Shown here piece by piece: positions 14,001-28,994 of a stretch of 40,315 nucleotides of DNA (its first letter is position 1; each line of letters begins with the position of its first letter). The stretch is from contig JYFJ02003571.1 in assembly GCA_000934665.2 (NCBI GenBank), positions 1 through 40,315 on the forward strand. The letters are read 5' to 3'. This DNA is from Catajapyx aquilonaris (taxonomy: Eukaryota). Under the pieces are notes generated by a model. That model ran no database searches, was not told where the DNA came from, and worked only from the letters and a program-made list of their open reading frames with translations. The position numbers and the translations under genes were made by a program.

Positions 14001-17000
14001 TCGTTAAAGCACCAACTTTTTAAATAAGTTGGGCCAAAAGGGAAAAGGAGGGGGGGAAGGAGTAGAAGGAGGAGGAGGGGGGGGGGTGAAGCTAATAATT
14101 CCCTTCCCTCGCTGCTTTTCTAGGAAAAGGAAGAGAAAATGAGAAAAATCTAGCCGAGTGAAAAGTTTCTCTCCGGGCTCTTCTTCTTCTTTCTTCTTTC
14201 TTCTTCTTTCTACTTCATTATCGATTCCCCCGGCCAGCTCAGGGCTCGAAATAATTGGGCCCATTCTTTTAGGAAAAAGTTGGAAGAGTTGAGGCTTGGA
14301 AGAGAAGAGAGGGGGGTAGGCGGGACACACCCTTGTTCCTTTGTCTAGGGTTTTTGCATGGAGCTTTTTACCTTTGATGTGGATTAGTTGGGAGGCAGGG
14401 AGGGTGTGTTGATTTATTTTTGTTTTCTAATCTGCAGGCCGAGCGGGAAACATATTTTAACATGGTGCACGCCAGAATTGTCCGCCGCATTTATGTAAAT
14501 CCTAATATATCACTGGGGGAGCTGAAGGCCATAATTCACTTTCTATTGCTGCGATTTGAACCGCAGAATGACTGCGGCTATAATAACACGTCGCACTAGT
14601 ATGATTTTGGGCCAAGACCCCTATTTCCATCCCATTTGACTGCAACCGAGACGTCAGCTCTGGGCGTCCACACACTTTCTCCTGGACGTTCAGTTAACAA
14701 TGTTTTCATCATCGTGTCGGCGTCGCTACAATTTTGCAGGATTTATTGCACCTCTCGGGTTCGGTTATTTATTTCATACAATCAAAATAGGGGATGATGC
14801 ATGCGAAATTGTGAATCTATGCGAAATTGTACTATTTTATTTGCAGCGTGGACACTGATGTGAGTGCATTAGTTGCAAAATGGGACTGTGCCTTATGTTG
14901 CGTGTTAGAGTGACATTGTTGATGCTGTCTGTGTAGGAAGTCAACAATAATTTGCACAAAAACATGACCCAATAACTTCAGTTTTCCCAAGTTATCATGA
15001 TGATGATTATTATTATTCATTTAAATACATTGTTTTTTGTGAAAACAAATAGCACTGATGATCACTTTTTGCATATATGTAATCCTTATTGCATATAATG
15101 TGACCAATGTCCATGAATAAATATGTGTTGTAGGCTACTGAGAAGGGAACATTTGCCTCGTGCTTAGAGGTGCTGCATTCTGGCGACATAACGTCAAACA
15201 GGCTGTAAAATATACACACTTTGATAACTTGACATCTTGAAGTTTGTTTGGGGGGGAGGGGGGGGGGGAGACCCACGTTTTCATCTTAAGCAGGAAACTC
15301 CGCGTCAAAAGCCGCCTGCCAAACCCTTTGGCCTGAGATATAGGAAACACAGCACGAGACCTTTTTCATTTGGCCCCAAGTCGCTTGCCAAAAAATAAAA
15401 AGGCGCAGGTCTTGGGGAGCCCCCAGGAAGGAACTGCCAAGTTGGAAGCTTGGGTTTGTTAAGGGGGCGAGAGAGACTCAATCAGAGTAATTCGCAGGCG
15501 CAACAATCAAACAAACAATAATCACTCCGCCAAGTGCTTTTCCATCATCAGGGCCCCGCTTATGCATTGTGAGTTGTGCAGCACAGGCACCACGCCCCCA
15601 CAACTTCTGCTATTTGCAAAACTCTCGCGAATCTCCCAGGGCGCGCTGTCGCACACCCTATGTGTATATACCTGCTGCTGCCAACCTGATTAGGAAACAA
15701 CCTCGTTTTAACTATCAAACAGTTATTCGAGGGGGGGAGGGGGGGACCAAGTCTTTTCGAAGGAGAGGGGCAAAAGATCTCGCAAAGTAATGAATCCGAA
15801 ACCAATCAGCTCGTGCCGGTTTCTTACAATGTGTTTTAATTAAGATCAAAGTACTGGCGTCTTGCCACGAATTTATTGCTCATTCACCCTGAAAAAGTTT
15901 GAATTCCAATGGATTTTGATTGAACAATTTGGTTGTGTCAAAATGTAGGAATTTTTGAACCCACTTTGAAGTCGTTTTTGGCACAATTTTTCGCTGAATT
16001 TTTTGTTGTTTCTCGCTGTTTCTTACAATCCGAATTTCACATGAGTTTTTCTCAACTTTTTGCATCAAATCAATTCGAACTTTGATCCGTCAAAAGATGG
16101 CATTTTCTTGATCTGTAGGTGTGAATATCCTTCTTGGAGGAGACAGCAGGTTGCTAGCGGCGCGCGAGAGGAGGCGACATCTGCAAAGGCGAAGCCGAAC
16201 TTCCTTGGCGAAATTCCTTTGTCTCCTCTTCTACCATCTTGGGCGCCCGCACAAGCCTCCTTTCCTTTTAGCCTCCAAGACGCCGCATTTTCCACGCTTC
16301 TCCCTTTGTGCTAGACAAGAACTCACGCCGGATGATTAGTTCCGCCTTGTTGTCGCCGCTGAATTTCGCACTCCAAATGCTCCGTGGAGAGATGAGGGGG
16401 GGAAGACCTTCACAGCAGGGGGGGAGGAAGGAGTCGAAGAAAAAATTTTTGGTCAGGCCTCGTCGCCATCTTTCATGGATGAACAAAAGAAAAAGCGAAC
16501 CAACGGCCATCCATCACTGGCAATCCCCTTGCAAGATGGGTGAACACGGGCTCTTATTATTATTTAAGCAGGTGATTAAGACTGGGGGGTAAAAAAAACC
16601 GTGGATTAGACAAAGGAAGTTTACTGAACCTGGAATTAGAGGCTGGATTATTAGCCTACTTGTACTGGTTTGATGCTGATACGATCGGTGTTAGAACGTA
16701 ACTAAGTAATTACTTAGGCCTACAATTTAGCACTTTTTGTTAGCATACTACGTTGGGGGTACCGGTAATTGCATGAAAAATTAAGCAAGCTCTGTGCTAG
16801 ATGAAAATTCGAATATGCGATCATGCGGAATGATTGAAATGGTTTGAGTTTAGTTAGTTGGATATTTTAAAAATTCGTTATATCATAATAATTGACCATC
16901 ACAAAGTACGCTTCGATTACCTTATTGTCATCTAAATTATCTACACCATTACTGTAATCATAGAGTCGGTATTGTACAGTGCAGTTGGGAAAAAATGGTC

Positions 17001-17317
17001 TGAACAACATGAGCCAGTCTCTTCCTAATTACTGAATTGCATATAAGCTGCTTATAAAAAACTACTTAACGTTACAGGATTAGCCCTATAAATATTTCAG
17101 TCAGTTAAAAATAGTGTACAGTATCTCGGATTAGTTCCAAAAAAACACAAAAAAACCATGTTTGAACATCCCTGTGCCAATATAAAAAGAAGCAAATCTG
17201 CAATGCTGCTACTGCAGAAATATAACGCCCATTGCGGCATGCAGCATCCATTACTCTAAAAACTCAACTCAACTTTTTAGACCTATGAAAAGTGCGTCTC
17301 CGTCGTCATGGAGAGCC

Positions 17318-17340
17318 AAGAAGAAGAAGAAGAAGAAGAA
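17318..17340. repeat. (AAG)7 microsatellite leading into a purine/poly-G tract
   Basis: Read directly; followed by GGAGGAGGAGGGTA and a G run ending at 17373. Confidence 0.9.
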
Positions 17341-18749
17341 AAGAAAGGAGGAGGAGGGTAGGGGGGGGGGGGGATCCGCCCTAAATTTCCTCTCACACTC
17401 CACAGACTACTATTGATTTTTTTACAACTTGGCCCGGGCTCGCCTCGTGCCAAATTTTTTTTCTTCCTCCCCCTCCCCCTTCTCCATCTCCCCTCCCCTC
17501 CTGCCCCTTCCTCTTAACTTTTCTGCCTGGAGCAAAAACGGTATGCAAATATTGCCTTTTTTTGTGAGAGGGGGGGGGGGGAAGAACTGCGCAAAAAGAT
17601 GGCATAAAATGTGCTGGTGACCATCTTTTCTGAGAGATATGGTAAAAGTGTATATAGAGAAGGGGCCATAGCCCAGCACTCGTTTAATTTCTGGGCGGAA
17701 ACCGGTCTCAGGAAGGTCTACTTCCTTCACCTTGGCGCCCGGAAATTAAGCGCATCACATAAGTTCTGTGGGTCACGTGCCTTTTTTTGAAGATTTAAAA
17801 GGCAAAAAATGTGGTGTCCTTTTCCTACGCCCATGCCCTTTTGACGTTAAGTGTATGGGGGGTGCTTTTCAAAGGGCAATGTAGAAGGCGAATTTTGTGA
17901 TTGAATATCAGTCGGCTGCTTAATGATCACCTCTGCATTCATTTCCGTTGTGGATTCCTTACTTAATTACACCCTGTCAACCGAGTATCTTACGTCAAGC
18001 ACGGGCTTGTAATCTAAGTAAATATAGGCCAAAATATGCTGACTCGCCACTTCCTATAGCGGGGTTGGTTTAGGCTATAAGTTATGCTAAAGCGAAAGTT
18101 CATATATAAACATAACAATTAGTAATAAATATTATTTAAAATTGTAATAACCGCACAAATCAGGTGGTCATTTATATCAGTTTTGTGGTGTTTGCAAAAA
18201 TTTCTACTGTGAGATCAGTTTTGTACAACATTCTTCATTGAACAAGATTTTCTGAAGTTTTTGCTGCATCCCATATGCGGCTGAATGTCGAAAACCAATT
18301 CACTCCTATACTGCGTAAAGCAATAAAATTAATGTGGATGTATTGGTAAGAATGTAGCAGGAGGGATCTTTGTAATTTAATTATAGAGAAGAACCGGCAT
18401 TAAAAGGAAGAATTTGATCCTTAAGACAATTTTATCATCATCATGATACTTGTACAGTTTAAGACATTCCATTCCGTTCCTTGCGAATTGCGACGCTAAA
18501 ATTCAACTCCGTAATATTATAAAGAGTCCAATAATTACATTTTTATACATATCATCAGCATACTGGAAAAATCAACCAATTTTGGCGGCTTTGAGTAATT
18601 ATTTACAACATGCAGCATGCAGTTGGTCCTATATAAAAATTCATAATGAGACATGAAGCCATGATTTTCTGCAAACGCCAATAGCAATGAACAATTCAAA
18701 TCGCTCCAATATATATATTTTTTCTTCTTCTCATGAAGGTGGTGGAGCA

Positions 18750-19900
18750 AGTCTAGATTGATAGCTCAATGTGTACTGTGCTCGGGTGTGGCCCGGATTT
18801 TCCTTTTTCCCTCGAGCAGGCGAAATCTTGTAAAGCTGGCTGCCGTAGTGAATCAAAGGTGAGCGTGAGGTTTGGCAAATCGCGGCGACGGGAGTAAAAG
18901 CCAGCTTTTGGCGGCGGGATAAATGGTCGGTCGGATAGTTCCCGGCTGGCTAAAACGAAGCGAAAGGATGAGAGAGAGATGAGAGGGGGAAGGAGGAGGA
19001 TAGGGGGGGAATGGAAATGTGTTTGAGCATAGGTGCTTTTTGGGGGGGTTGAAGGGTGGGGGGGAAAAGCAGATAGGGGGTGTGCCATGGCGTCACTTCC
19101 TCACTGTGCCTTGTGTATCCCGGAGGCTTCCAGCCTCTCGCCGGATTAATGATGAGGAGCCAACTGTCTGGCCAACGGTCAGTCGGGCCCTGTCCTTTGT
19201 CCCGGACCGGTTACCCGCACACTGCAAAAACTGGAACTCCACATAGAAAGAGCTAGGGGAGAGAGTCCAGTCTGCAAAATCCTGTTTCCTTTTCACGGCC
19301 GGTCCGGTTCTTTGGCGTCCATCCGGACATCCAGTTTAGAGCTTCTGTTTTAAAAACCTTCCCTCCCCTAGTTCCGGCCACTTTTTTTTATTGCAAATTC
19401 GGCCGGCTGGACACACACTTATGGAGCAAACCGGTCGTGGTGTATGTTAGTCGGTCACCCTAAGCGTCTTGGTGGTGCCAGCTCCGGCAGTTTTCTCGTG
19501 CGGGTCGGTCACTTAGGGCCGGACCTTGTGACGTCATCGTCTTCGGACACCGTGGGAAAGACAAGTGTTGTGTGGTGGTGTTTTTGGTGTCTCTTAAGCG
19601 TTCATTATCTGAACCAATCTTTGGGAAAGGGGGGGGGGGGTCCGGTTAGTTTCATCGGAGAAATTTTCTGGTATATAAATTCAGGCTGCTGGATGTTGGC
19701 CCACGTCCCTAGGAAGATTAATACTAGCTCGTCCCCGTGGAATAGGTAAACATTTTGTGCTAATGTGAAGCTAATACGTGCCTTCATTAATCATTCTTGC
19801 CGCGGAGTTTTCGCATACAAATTCGGGAGGGGGGGGGGGCGAATTTTTTTGGCGGGGGTGGGGGGTATGACTCGCAAGTCGCTATCACCCTAAGGACAGA
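18750..19900. promoter_or_regulatory. GC/CpG-rich island, candidate cis-regulatory block
   Basis: Many CCGG/CG dinucleotides against AT-rich flanks. It contains TGACGTCA (CRE) near 19529, CGTGGGAA (Su(H)/CSL) at 19551, GCCATGGCG near 19084 and purine tracts. No credible ORF. Confidence 0.4.
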
Positions 19901-20556
19901 AGCTCCTGCATATATAGGTTATAGACTTCCGGATTTTGCAATTTTCATTCTACGTCTGGGTAAACATGATACCAATCAATGCTTGAAGCGGTACCGGTTC
20001 TTCAGGTTAGGTTTTTTTAAAATACTGGTACGTCACTCAAATCGTCACTTGTACTCAATTAAGGGGGGCGAGTGTGTTGGTTTATTACATGTTTGGTTAG
20101 TATAATCACGCCTCAGTACATGGTGTGAATTGTTTGCATTTTTATGCCGGAGATATCAAGCATGTTATAATTAGTACAATATTTTGTAAATAATGCAGGC
20201 AGGCCGTGAATGTATTTTATTTATATATTATGTAGCTCAGTTGCTACAAAAACACTGCTGTTTATAGTTGCACCGGCCGACCACTTTTTCTATACAAAAA
20301 TATGCACAGCTTTAAGGAAACATTTTGTATCCAATTCTTAGCATTCTGACTTCTTCAAGAGCCTGAGCCCTGAAAAAGTTACAAAATGCCTAGAATTTCT
20401 GAAAATCTTGGCATATTTTCGTTGCAGACAGAATTACCCATCACATTTTAATGCGAAACTTTCCCTTTCGCATCGGATTTCCTAATCGAACCTACATTTC
20501 TTACTCACTGTCAGTTGACATGCCTGGCCCATGAGATATCCACAAAAGCATTTGGT

Positions 20557-20575
20557 GGGTGGGTGGGTGGGCGGG
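20557..20575 (+). other. Potential G-quadruplex-forming tract
   Basis: GGGTGGGTGGGTGGGCGGG, with single-base loops. Confidence 0.65.
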
Positions 20576-22847
20576 TATGAATATGAAAATTTACATTTTT
20601 GAAAAAAAATTACATAAATTGCTTATATGATCAGAGTGTTAATTTTTTTGCATATCCGGATATATTGCGAATTTTTCTTTTTTTTAAATATTGTCATATA
20701 TAAAATTGGATTGGGAGGACGCCATGTCGGCCCCGCGGCCATATTGATTGGGGACTAACCCTCCCCTCTTTTCCACCCCCATTTTCTACCCCCACCCTTT
20801 CCCCCTGGTCGCACTTGCGCTGTTCGGACCTCATTGATCCCCGGCCTCCATAATACTGTCACTCCCCGTGATGGAGGCTCTTCGTCTTCGTTTATCAGGG
20901 CCCCGCTAGCTGTTCTTTCTAGAAGAGGGGGAGGAAGGAGGGAAGAGGAGGAGGAGGAGGGGGGACTTTCTCCAGGGAAAACCGGAGGGGAGATTAGCCC
21001 GGAGACGGACTTCATCTCGGAGCAATTTTGGATCCGGGAATTGCCTCGGCCACACAGTCCTTGCAAATCACTATCTTCCTTCCTAACCCCCCCATCCAAC
21101 AATGGCTTGCATTTCGTACTATAAAAGCACAGCAGGTATACACTGTCCGTCACGACGATTGTTTGCAGGTCTCTTTGTCAAGACAAGCATTACAAGGGAG
21201 AGGAACATGCACTTTGGGTGGAGAATTGGCCAAATTTTGTCTAGAGGAAGGGGAGGAGAGAAGCCTCAAACTTTGGGAGTTCCACACGAGCGACTTGGTA
21301 CATTTTTAGTTTATGAGTTGCATCAATTTATTTACGGTACAAAGGGCATGCAAAACTATGGAGCAAAAGTTTGGGGGGGGGGGGGGNGTTTTTTTTTGGA
21401 GTAGTATGGCATAAAAATGGACTATTGGCGTGAATGTGTTGCAATCTGTGCACTGTTTTTCCGGCTGAGCGGATAACTGATAATGGCTATAGCTTACAAG
21501 TTTCCAGTAACTCTAGGCGTTTACACGCGGAAGTAACAGCTTAATTAACAATCATCACGTGCTTGGCAATGTTATCCGTCCCATGGCACGTGTGAATACC
21601 TCTCCAAAAGCAATCAAATCGGGGGAAAATTTGGCACCAAAATTATGTCATGGCTTCCAGTAAAGAATGTTTAATTTACTGGGCAATAATTTTAATTTAA
21701 ACGCCGCTAAATGTCACCAATCGTGTGTTCGAATTGCTTTGCAACTTTCCAATGTGCGGCTCGTATTTTAGTTAATCGACACTTTGCGTGTGTCACACGA
21801 GGCTTATATACGGTGCATATTGGGAGGGGTAACTCCGCTGTCCCCCATCCCCTAACACACCACTGTTTTTGCATAAAAAGCTCCAAAATAATATTCCCTC
21901 TGAATAATGGCTCTGGTCGGGAATTCAGGTCGTAATAATTGGCGGAGCATCAAAAGCTTTGTCCAGAAGCAGGAGAAATGGGCAGTGTTTGGGTATGATC
22001 AAGCTATGGTGTTTGGGGGGGGGGGGGGGAAAGAGGACGGATTTGGAAGTTTTCCCCCACCGAAAATAGTGGGAGGCAAAAGACGCTTCCTTATGTATAT
22101 GCAGGAGGCTTAAAAGACGAGGGAGCTGCAATTCCTACATGAGCCTGGGAGGATTATGATGTTAAGCAGCCAAGGGGCTGATGGGACACGAGGAAAAGAG
22201 GAGCCCTGATACTTGCGCATGCAAATGGCACCATTGGGATCACTTTTTCACAATCACCGGGAGCAGTCCGGGAAAAAGAGTGCGGACTCAAAATTTTCGG
22301 GGGGACCTTGCAAAAAATGGTGCGCCTCAAGCTTTGCAACAGGGATTCTTGAGGCTGCTGCAAGTGGAAAAGGTCCATTCAGAGCTTGCAGTTGACTAAT
22401 CCAGATTTATTGGTTCTTTCGGATTAAAAATTTACGAAGAAACGGAACGCTTCACTTCACACAAAATTCAAAAAGGTGGTTCGGACAACCATTGCGATTT
22501 TTTTGTAAGTTCCAACCCACATTTTTGTTATTACTAATCAATTTACAATGGCAATGGTAGCATAAAGGCGATGTCATTTATATTCCTAAATTTGATCATA
22601 CTGAAAGATGCTTACAGTTGCATATCGCCAGGACAAAATTGTTCTAAACATTTTTGACAGACAGAATGCGTATGTGAAGTAACTTATATGTTGGGGTCTC
22701 GTGGGGCTTATTCTTAGGCCTACTCATGCGCAACGGCTATATTCATAAAAAGGCTCTTCATAATTATGATTGCTACAAAGTATATTTTAGCCTAAATGAC
22801 TATAGAGTGTGCATGGAGTCAGGATGTAGCCTGTACTACCCTAACAT

Positions 22848-22960
22848 TTAGTCAAATTATAGGACAACGGAAACGATCGCTCCCACTGAGGGAAGTGCCT
22901 CAGGTTCGATCCCAAGTAAATTGCGCGTATATACACGTAGTTGGTCCTGGGGCAACCCAT
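22848..22960 (+). mobile_element. Possible decayed tRNA-derived SINE head
   Basis: Pol III B-box GGTTCGATCCC at 22903-22913, with a weak A-box-like TAGTCAAATTATAGG ~50 bp upstream. It does not fold as a tRNA cloverleaf. Confidence 0.3.
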
Positions 22961-25900
22961 CGTATGTGCTTTTAAAAAGCCAGATATTGCCTGATATGTA
23001 AGTATTAATGGAATAATTATTATTTTTAAAAAAAACCTTGAAATGTCAGTGTCCTTATATACAAACGATGGGCCATCATTTCCAGACGGTTCCAGAATCG
23101 TGCCTGGCATACTGAACACGCTTATAATATAGGCCTAGCCCCAAACCTATACATCGAAGTCATGCATATTTGACGGGCCCCAAACTTTCTCCAAAGAACT
23201 AATTCCCTAAAAGTTTTGGACCACTGCATAATCTTTCGACATAAGTAATCTTTTCCTCCGTCCCCAGAAAATTGCTTCCTGAAACGTTAACATTTTTCGA
23301 AGCATGCAAATGGCCGCCCATTTGTATTCACTTTTTGACTTGAGCCAAATGAGACTAGTTAGGAGTGGGAGGGTGTGGGTGGTCGGGGATGGAGAAGAGG
23401 GTAAGGAGGGGTGGAAGAAGGAGGGGGGTAGACTTCTCCAGTATTGATCTAGGTGGATTCTAGGTGACAAGCGCGTAATACGTCAAGGGACACGGGCCGC
23501 AGTCATTTTCTTGGGAATGAGATCTTGACGCAGGGCGCTATTTAATTAGTGGGGCTTGGATCCCGTCGGGCCCGGCCGAGCAAAATGAAAATGCTTCCCA
23601 ATGATTTTCTGAGCCCAGCCAGCCTCGAATGGAAAAACGAAAGAAGAAGAAGTAGAGAAGAAGAAAACCCGCACCACCCTCCATCCCTACCCCCCCTCAA
23701 CCCGCCTTCTCTGCTCGGGCTTGTCTCTCAGGCATGCAGATTGGAAATAATTACAGCCAGTCCGCTTGTGATGCGCCGGGCGTTCCTATAAAATTTATGC
23801 AGACCCAAGCTCGGCGCTGGCTGGCTTTGACATCTCCCTCCTTCCCTTATACCCCCCCTCCGCCTTACCCCTCCCTAGATCATCCGTGGGGGGGAAATGG
23901 AAAAAGGAAAAACCTCTCGGCCTGACCTTTTCCGCACAAGTTGCCTCAGGGACCAGAACTCGATCCATGATCAGAATGGCGAAATCCCATCTCGGGTTAC
24001 TCTCCGGGCTCCGACTGTCCCCACCAATTTTCAGCCCTTGCTCTTGATGCCAAAAGTCATCTTGTAGTTTGCCTTGGGTCACCTGCTCGGGATGGATTGT
24101 ATATCTGCATGTTTATTAATAAGGATGGACGAGGGGACACGTCCCTGGGTTCGAAAATTAAGAATTAAATGTCATTAGGTGTCAGGGTGGTCCCCTTCCT
24201 TGGATTCAATTTGGCGAGAATGCGCGTGATGGAATTTCTGGTCAAGATTGGGCATATACTGCACACAAATTATTTTAAACATTTACATTTAAAAAAAAAA
24301 TGTTAATTTGCTAACAAAATGAGTCACTAAAATCGGTTTGTTAGTCATAACGAGCTAATTGAAGGCGTCATTATGATGAGGAGGTGATTCAGAAACTAAC
24401 GAAATGTCGATAACTACTGGCGTTTAAGGGTCAGGCTTATCGAAATTAGCAGTTTTAGGAACAAGGCTATAACTTGTAGTGTCTTTCCCCCCTTGATTAC
24501 GCGAAGAGGAGCAATCAGGCTAGACTATACGATCAGCTTAGAATTCGCGGAGCTGACAGCCCAATATAGCGGACATGAGCACCCGATAAAAGGATGACCA
24601 GAAATGACGACTTTTAAAGCAAAAGTGTATGATCCAATTTCCAGTTATGTTGCTTTATTTATTGGGTTGACTATAGACCCATCCTTTTAAAACACTGCAA
24701 AAAAAATGTGGTAACCACAACTGAGAGATGCTAATCGTGCCATGATTTCTGGTTTTCATACTGTCAGTTGCCACTTTCTGAGTGCTCCAGGTACTTCATT
24801 CTGTCAGGAAAAATGACATAAGGACCACCACCGCATTCCCCCCAATGGCCCACACCCATAATGGAATACTCATGTGACTTCATCCTAACCGAGTAAACTT
24901 GATGCATCGACTCATTCCCAGTATGCAGTCCGAGTACTCTAATTAGTTATATGGCATGCAATTTGAATCTTCTCGAGATGTAAGAAAACGCAACAAAAAA
25001 AGAGCTTGTCTGCAATGCAGTAGGGGGCATTTTCTGGAGTAGTGGGCATGTGTTGAGGGGGGGGAGGGGGGTCTGGCTGCTGGCCCCTTGGAGTGGTCGG
25101 GAGGCGAAGCGTCACGTAGTCTCTCGGATCGAAGAAGGCTTCATTTGCACCCTCATGCCTGTCTCCGCCAACGGGATGCGCGCCAGAAGATGTCGCAGAA
25201 GAGTTGCGGCTCGATGCGTGGAAAATGGCAAAATGGCCACCGCCCAATATGCCCGATACAATTTTGTGTCGTGGGGAGGTCGAATGTACCCTAGCATCTT
25301 GGAACATAGTTTGTCTGATTCGTGACGGGTAGAAAAGACGTTTGTTTGCAGGATACGTGGATGGGAATAAATTAAGAGGCAATTTGTCGTTCGTAACCAA
25401 ATCGCACGTGTTTTATCCAAAAGACATGAATGTTTTGATTGCTTCCTTGTGCATGGAAAGGTAGATGCGTGGGAAATTAGTACACGCCACACATTTTGAA
25501 TGTATTCTTGAACAGGTCGGCGCCTTTATCAGGATGTTCTTTTGTGACCCGTCTTCAGTAGTCAAGTAGTGTAAGCTTCTTCCCCTAAGTACAGTCGGTC
25601 AGAAAGGAGATGTTGACGTTAGGGGGTGTTACATATTAAGTTGAGCACGAACGCTCAAAAAATTGTATTTGTAACTAATTTAGCTAACATTTTAATTAAC
25701 ATCTTAAAATCAAAAAAATGTCGGTATTACCAACCTCCACATTGACTAAATTTTTATGATAGAAAAATTAAATTTATGAAGATGTTTCCAGCAAGTTTTT
25801 TTATGGACATCTTGAAGAAAGGGGTTTCCATCGCGCATGACTTGAGCTCTGTCTGTTTGAATCGATTTCTTGTCTGCAAAACTTGGGCCAAATGCAATCC

Positions 25901-26630
25901 ATTTTTTTTTGTATGCGGATGTATATACCGTAAGCCCTCCACTGCATGTGATTAGAAAACTTGTGCCGCACCGGCGTTCCAATTGACCTTTCCTGCTCCC
26001 AATTCCGTCAGCAATTTTAAGGGAGTAAAAATAAGTAATTGACAAGTCATTAGCAGGAAATTATTAATTTTCTTAGAGGCTGCAAGTCTTCGCCAGCACC
26101 TTGGATAGCCTCACGGAATGAGGTAATAATTAGAAAGAAGAGGGAGGGGGCTTTAAAAAAGTGGATTAACAGACAAACTGAATCGAATTTTGGCAAGTTC
26201 CTTTGTTGTTGTTGCAAAATTTGCGAAGGAGAAAGCGGAACGAAATTTGGGGTGGAGTTTGGAGTCGGTTTTCCGTCTCCTTGAGACGAAGGAAGGGTTT
26301 TGGTCTTGGTTCGTCCCCGAGAGGCGACACATCCTTTTCACCCCGAGACGTGCACAAAAATTAGTCGCGGCTTCTGCACTAATTTAATATTTGCTTTTAT
26401 TCCGTCCCTCCTGCCTGCAACTGCTGCTTTAAATTAGGAATCCGCCTTCTTACTCGGCCTAGAAGTTAGTTTTCTTTCACCTCTTGCGCGCACAAAAGGA
26501 TAATTTCCACTTTTCAAGGAGTGTCAGAGGAATCTCTTCCACATTTCACCTTGTTCGCAAGAGAGACCGCGGTTTGCAGAAGAACAAAAAATGCTTGCCT
26601 TCTTCTTCTTCCTTATACCTTTTCCTGAAG

Positions 26631-26647
26631 CAGCAGCAGCAGCAGCA
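26631..26647. repeat. (CAG)5 microsatellite
   Basis: Read directly; no credible coding context. Confidence 0.85.
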
Positions 26648-28132
26648 TCCTTTTCTCTCAAAATTAACTGTCCTGAGGATGGTCTCGTAAATCACGTCCT
26701 CTTAAGCAGCCAGCCTCTTCTTCCCCTTTTCTCGAGTTATGATTTTTAAAGGTTGCCATAGCTTTTTTCAGGAATGCAATTAGGGGTTTGCAAATTGTGC
26801 TCAAGACGGTTATTTATACGACTACTTAGTGCTTCCCGTCGCGCAAATGCGGGATGGTATTTATAGAGATAACCTATTGAATGCTGCGCATTTCTTTTAA
26901 AAATGGGGGGTAGGGGCCTTCGTCGGGATACGGATTTTTGGAGGGGGTTTATATTTCGTGGGGACAAGTCTAGAGGCGTCAAAGGCACGTACTTGCACAT
27001 GGTGGATGGGACTAGTTATCTGTGAGTCACACTTAAGCAGTGGTGATGCTTATGAAAATTGTAGGGATTTAAAATGGTTTTTAAAGAAGCGATGACGGGG
27101 GCAATAAAGTGCGGTGTCACATTCTTAAATTATTGCTCGTTACTGCGTAATTAGACTATCTTTAGAGCGTAGAGAAGCCGATAAAGCTCGTTCTAGGGAG
27201 AATATAGGGAGATGATTTCGCTAAAAATAGTAGGCCTAGATGAGAATTATTTTTGAGTAAGTACAGTAGTTGCATAATTGATAGTAAATCTTGAACAAAT
27301 GATTAAGCCTATACGGTATTAATAATATGGCGTCAACCACTTTTCTGGGGTTCATCAAATGTATGCAATGGGTCATAAGTGATCAATCGACTTTAGCGAT
27401 AGAAGATTCAATTATGTATTACTGAACGAATCGGGTGAATTTTCTTTGGAAGTTGTGAAGCTGTATATTGGAAAGTCATTACATTGTTGTTTTTGTATTG
27501 GAATTACAAAGGCTATTTCTGTGTCATGCCGCACTAAAATGCTGCCTTCTTTTGTGGCTATTAGCAATGAAACAACACGAATCTGACTTAGAAATTATGT
27601 AGATAGTGAGGCTCGTAATAACCAAGTTATATTTATACCATAATGCATAGACATTGAATTATACTGTACTGTAAGTTATATCAAGTAAAAAATTTCAGAC
27701 AAATACATAACTTAGAATTTTAAAAAAGTTCTTGCGATTTGATTCATTGGGTCAGTTTTAAAGTCATATTTCTCACTTCGCAACCCGGGGAGGTGATTAT
27801 TTACAGTAAGAAAATAATCCGTAGATAAACCATAATTATTACACTGGAAAAACCATTGACATATCGACTTATCTACATGCACTTGATTTCGCCAAAGGCC
27901 CGAATGAAATGAAGAAGCCTTTTTAAGAAGTAGCAGTTTTATTCCGCATTATTTTCTTTCACCAAAAACTTAGACACAGTCATACATGGGGGATAATTAC
28001 ATGTACAGTACTGCAGTTACTTTCAGTCGAATGTCTGTTTTGAAGCACTCTGTAAGACTGCATTGCTCTCTTAAAGTACGGAGTGTGCATGCCAAGTCAG
28101 ATGTTTACTCTCCATACCTATATACGTTTCTG

Positions 28133-28164
28133 ACCCTTTAGTAACAAAACCCTTTAGTAACAAA
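28133..28164. repeat. Perfect 16-bp tandem duplication (ACCCTTTAGTAACAAA x2)
   Basis: Read directly at 28133-28148 and 28149-28164. Confidence 0.9.
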
Positions 28165-28994
28165 AAAATGTCAATTAATTGTATGTGACTTTTCTCATAT
28201 GGAAAATCTGTGCAGGCCTGAGGTAACCTGAAGGCCGAGGGCCTATAGTATAAATCATTTCCTTCTCCTATTTACGTCCCAAATAGAGCTATGCAGATTG
28301 TAGTGTTTCATATCTAAAGCACCCTTCCATGCTGGTACTCAAGATAGTAACTAGGTTAGATATTACTTACCTATGAAGACCTAAAATACAGAACTATTAG
28401 ACATGATTTCAGACAAGAGCATTTGAAGTTTGAAAATATTGCATTAGCACTTGCAGGCATGAAGCTCAAACATTTCTGCAAGAGGCTGTAATTTTTATAA
28501 ACGCTTCTGTCTCGACCATCAGAGAAAATTTAATGTAAAGGACCACATACACAATATTCCTAACGCAGCTTCGCTCAAAATGTGACTCTGATTGTTCTAC
28601 ATTTCAGATAATCATATTGGCATGTAGTTTTTCCAACAGCAGAAAGCATCAATGATATGTCGATTGTCCACACTTGAATTTAAAATGCAGCCAATACTCA
28701 AAATTGACCAGTGTGTTATTAACTTACATAATATATTGTTTAGTCTCTCCAAGCTATGTTTCAGAATGATAATTAATAATTTTTCCGGCTGATCATAATT
28801 ATCATACACTACTGAACCGACCAAACAAATAATTTTGTTGACACAACTACGTACTCCTCTCGCCACCAACATTTCCGTCAACTAATAGGACAAGGACCGT
28901 GAATTCAATTAAGTTCATGCAGTCCGTAAGATTCAAAATCCGCTTTTTAAAATTTGCATACCTCATATGACAGTAATTCCGTCTGAAAGAAAAC

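Noticed and set aside
20231..20248. TAGCTCAGTTG tRNA A-box-like word
   Set aside because: There is no B-box or cloverleaf downstream.
22217..23314. Shared 13-mer GCATGCAAATGGC (octamer plus ATGGC) at 22217 and 23302, and other 12-13-bp matches between islands
   Set aside because: Multiple exact 12-13-bp matches are expected by chance within 40 kb.
24188..24198. TGGTCCCCTTC resembling the 5' part of miR-133
   Set aside because: The match breaks after 11 nt and there is no hairpin partner. A by-eye scan for other conserved animal miRNAs found none, but it was not exhaustive.
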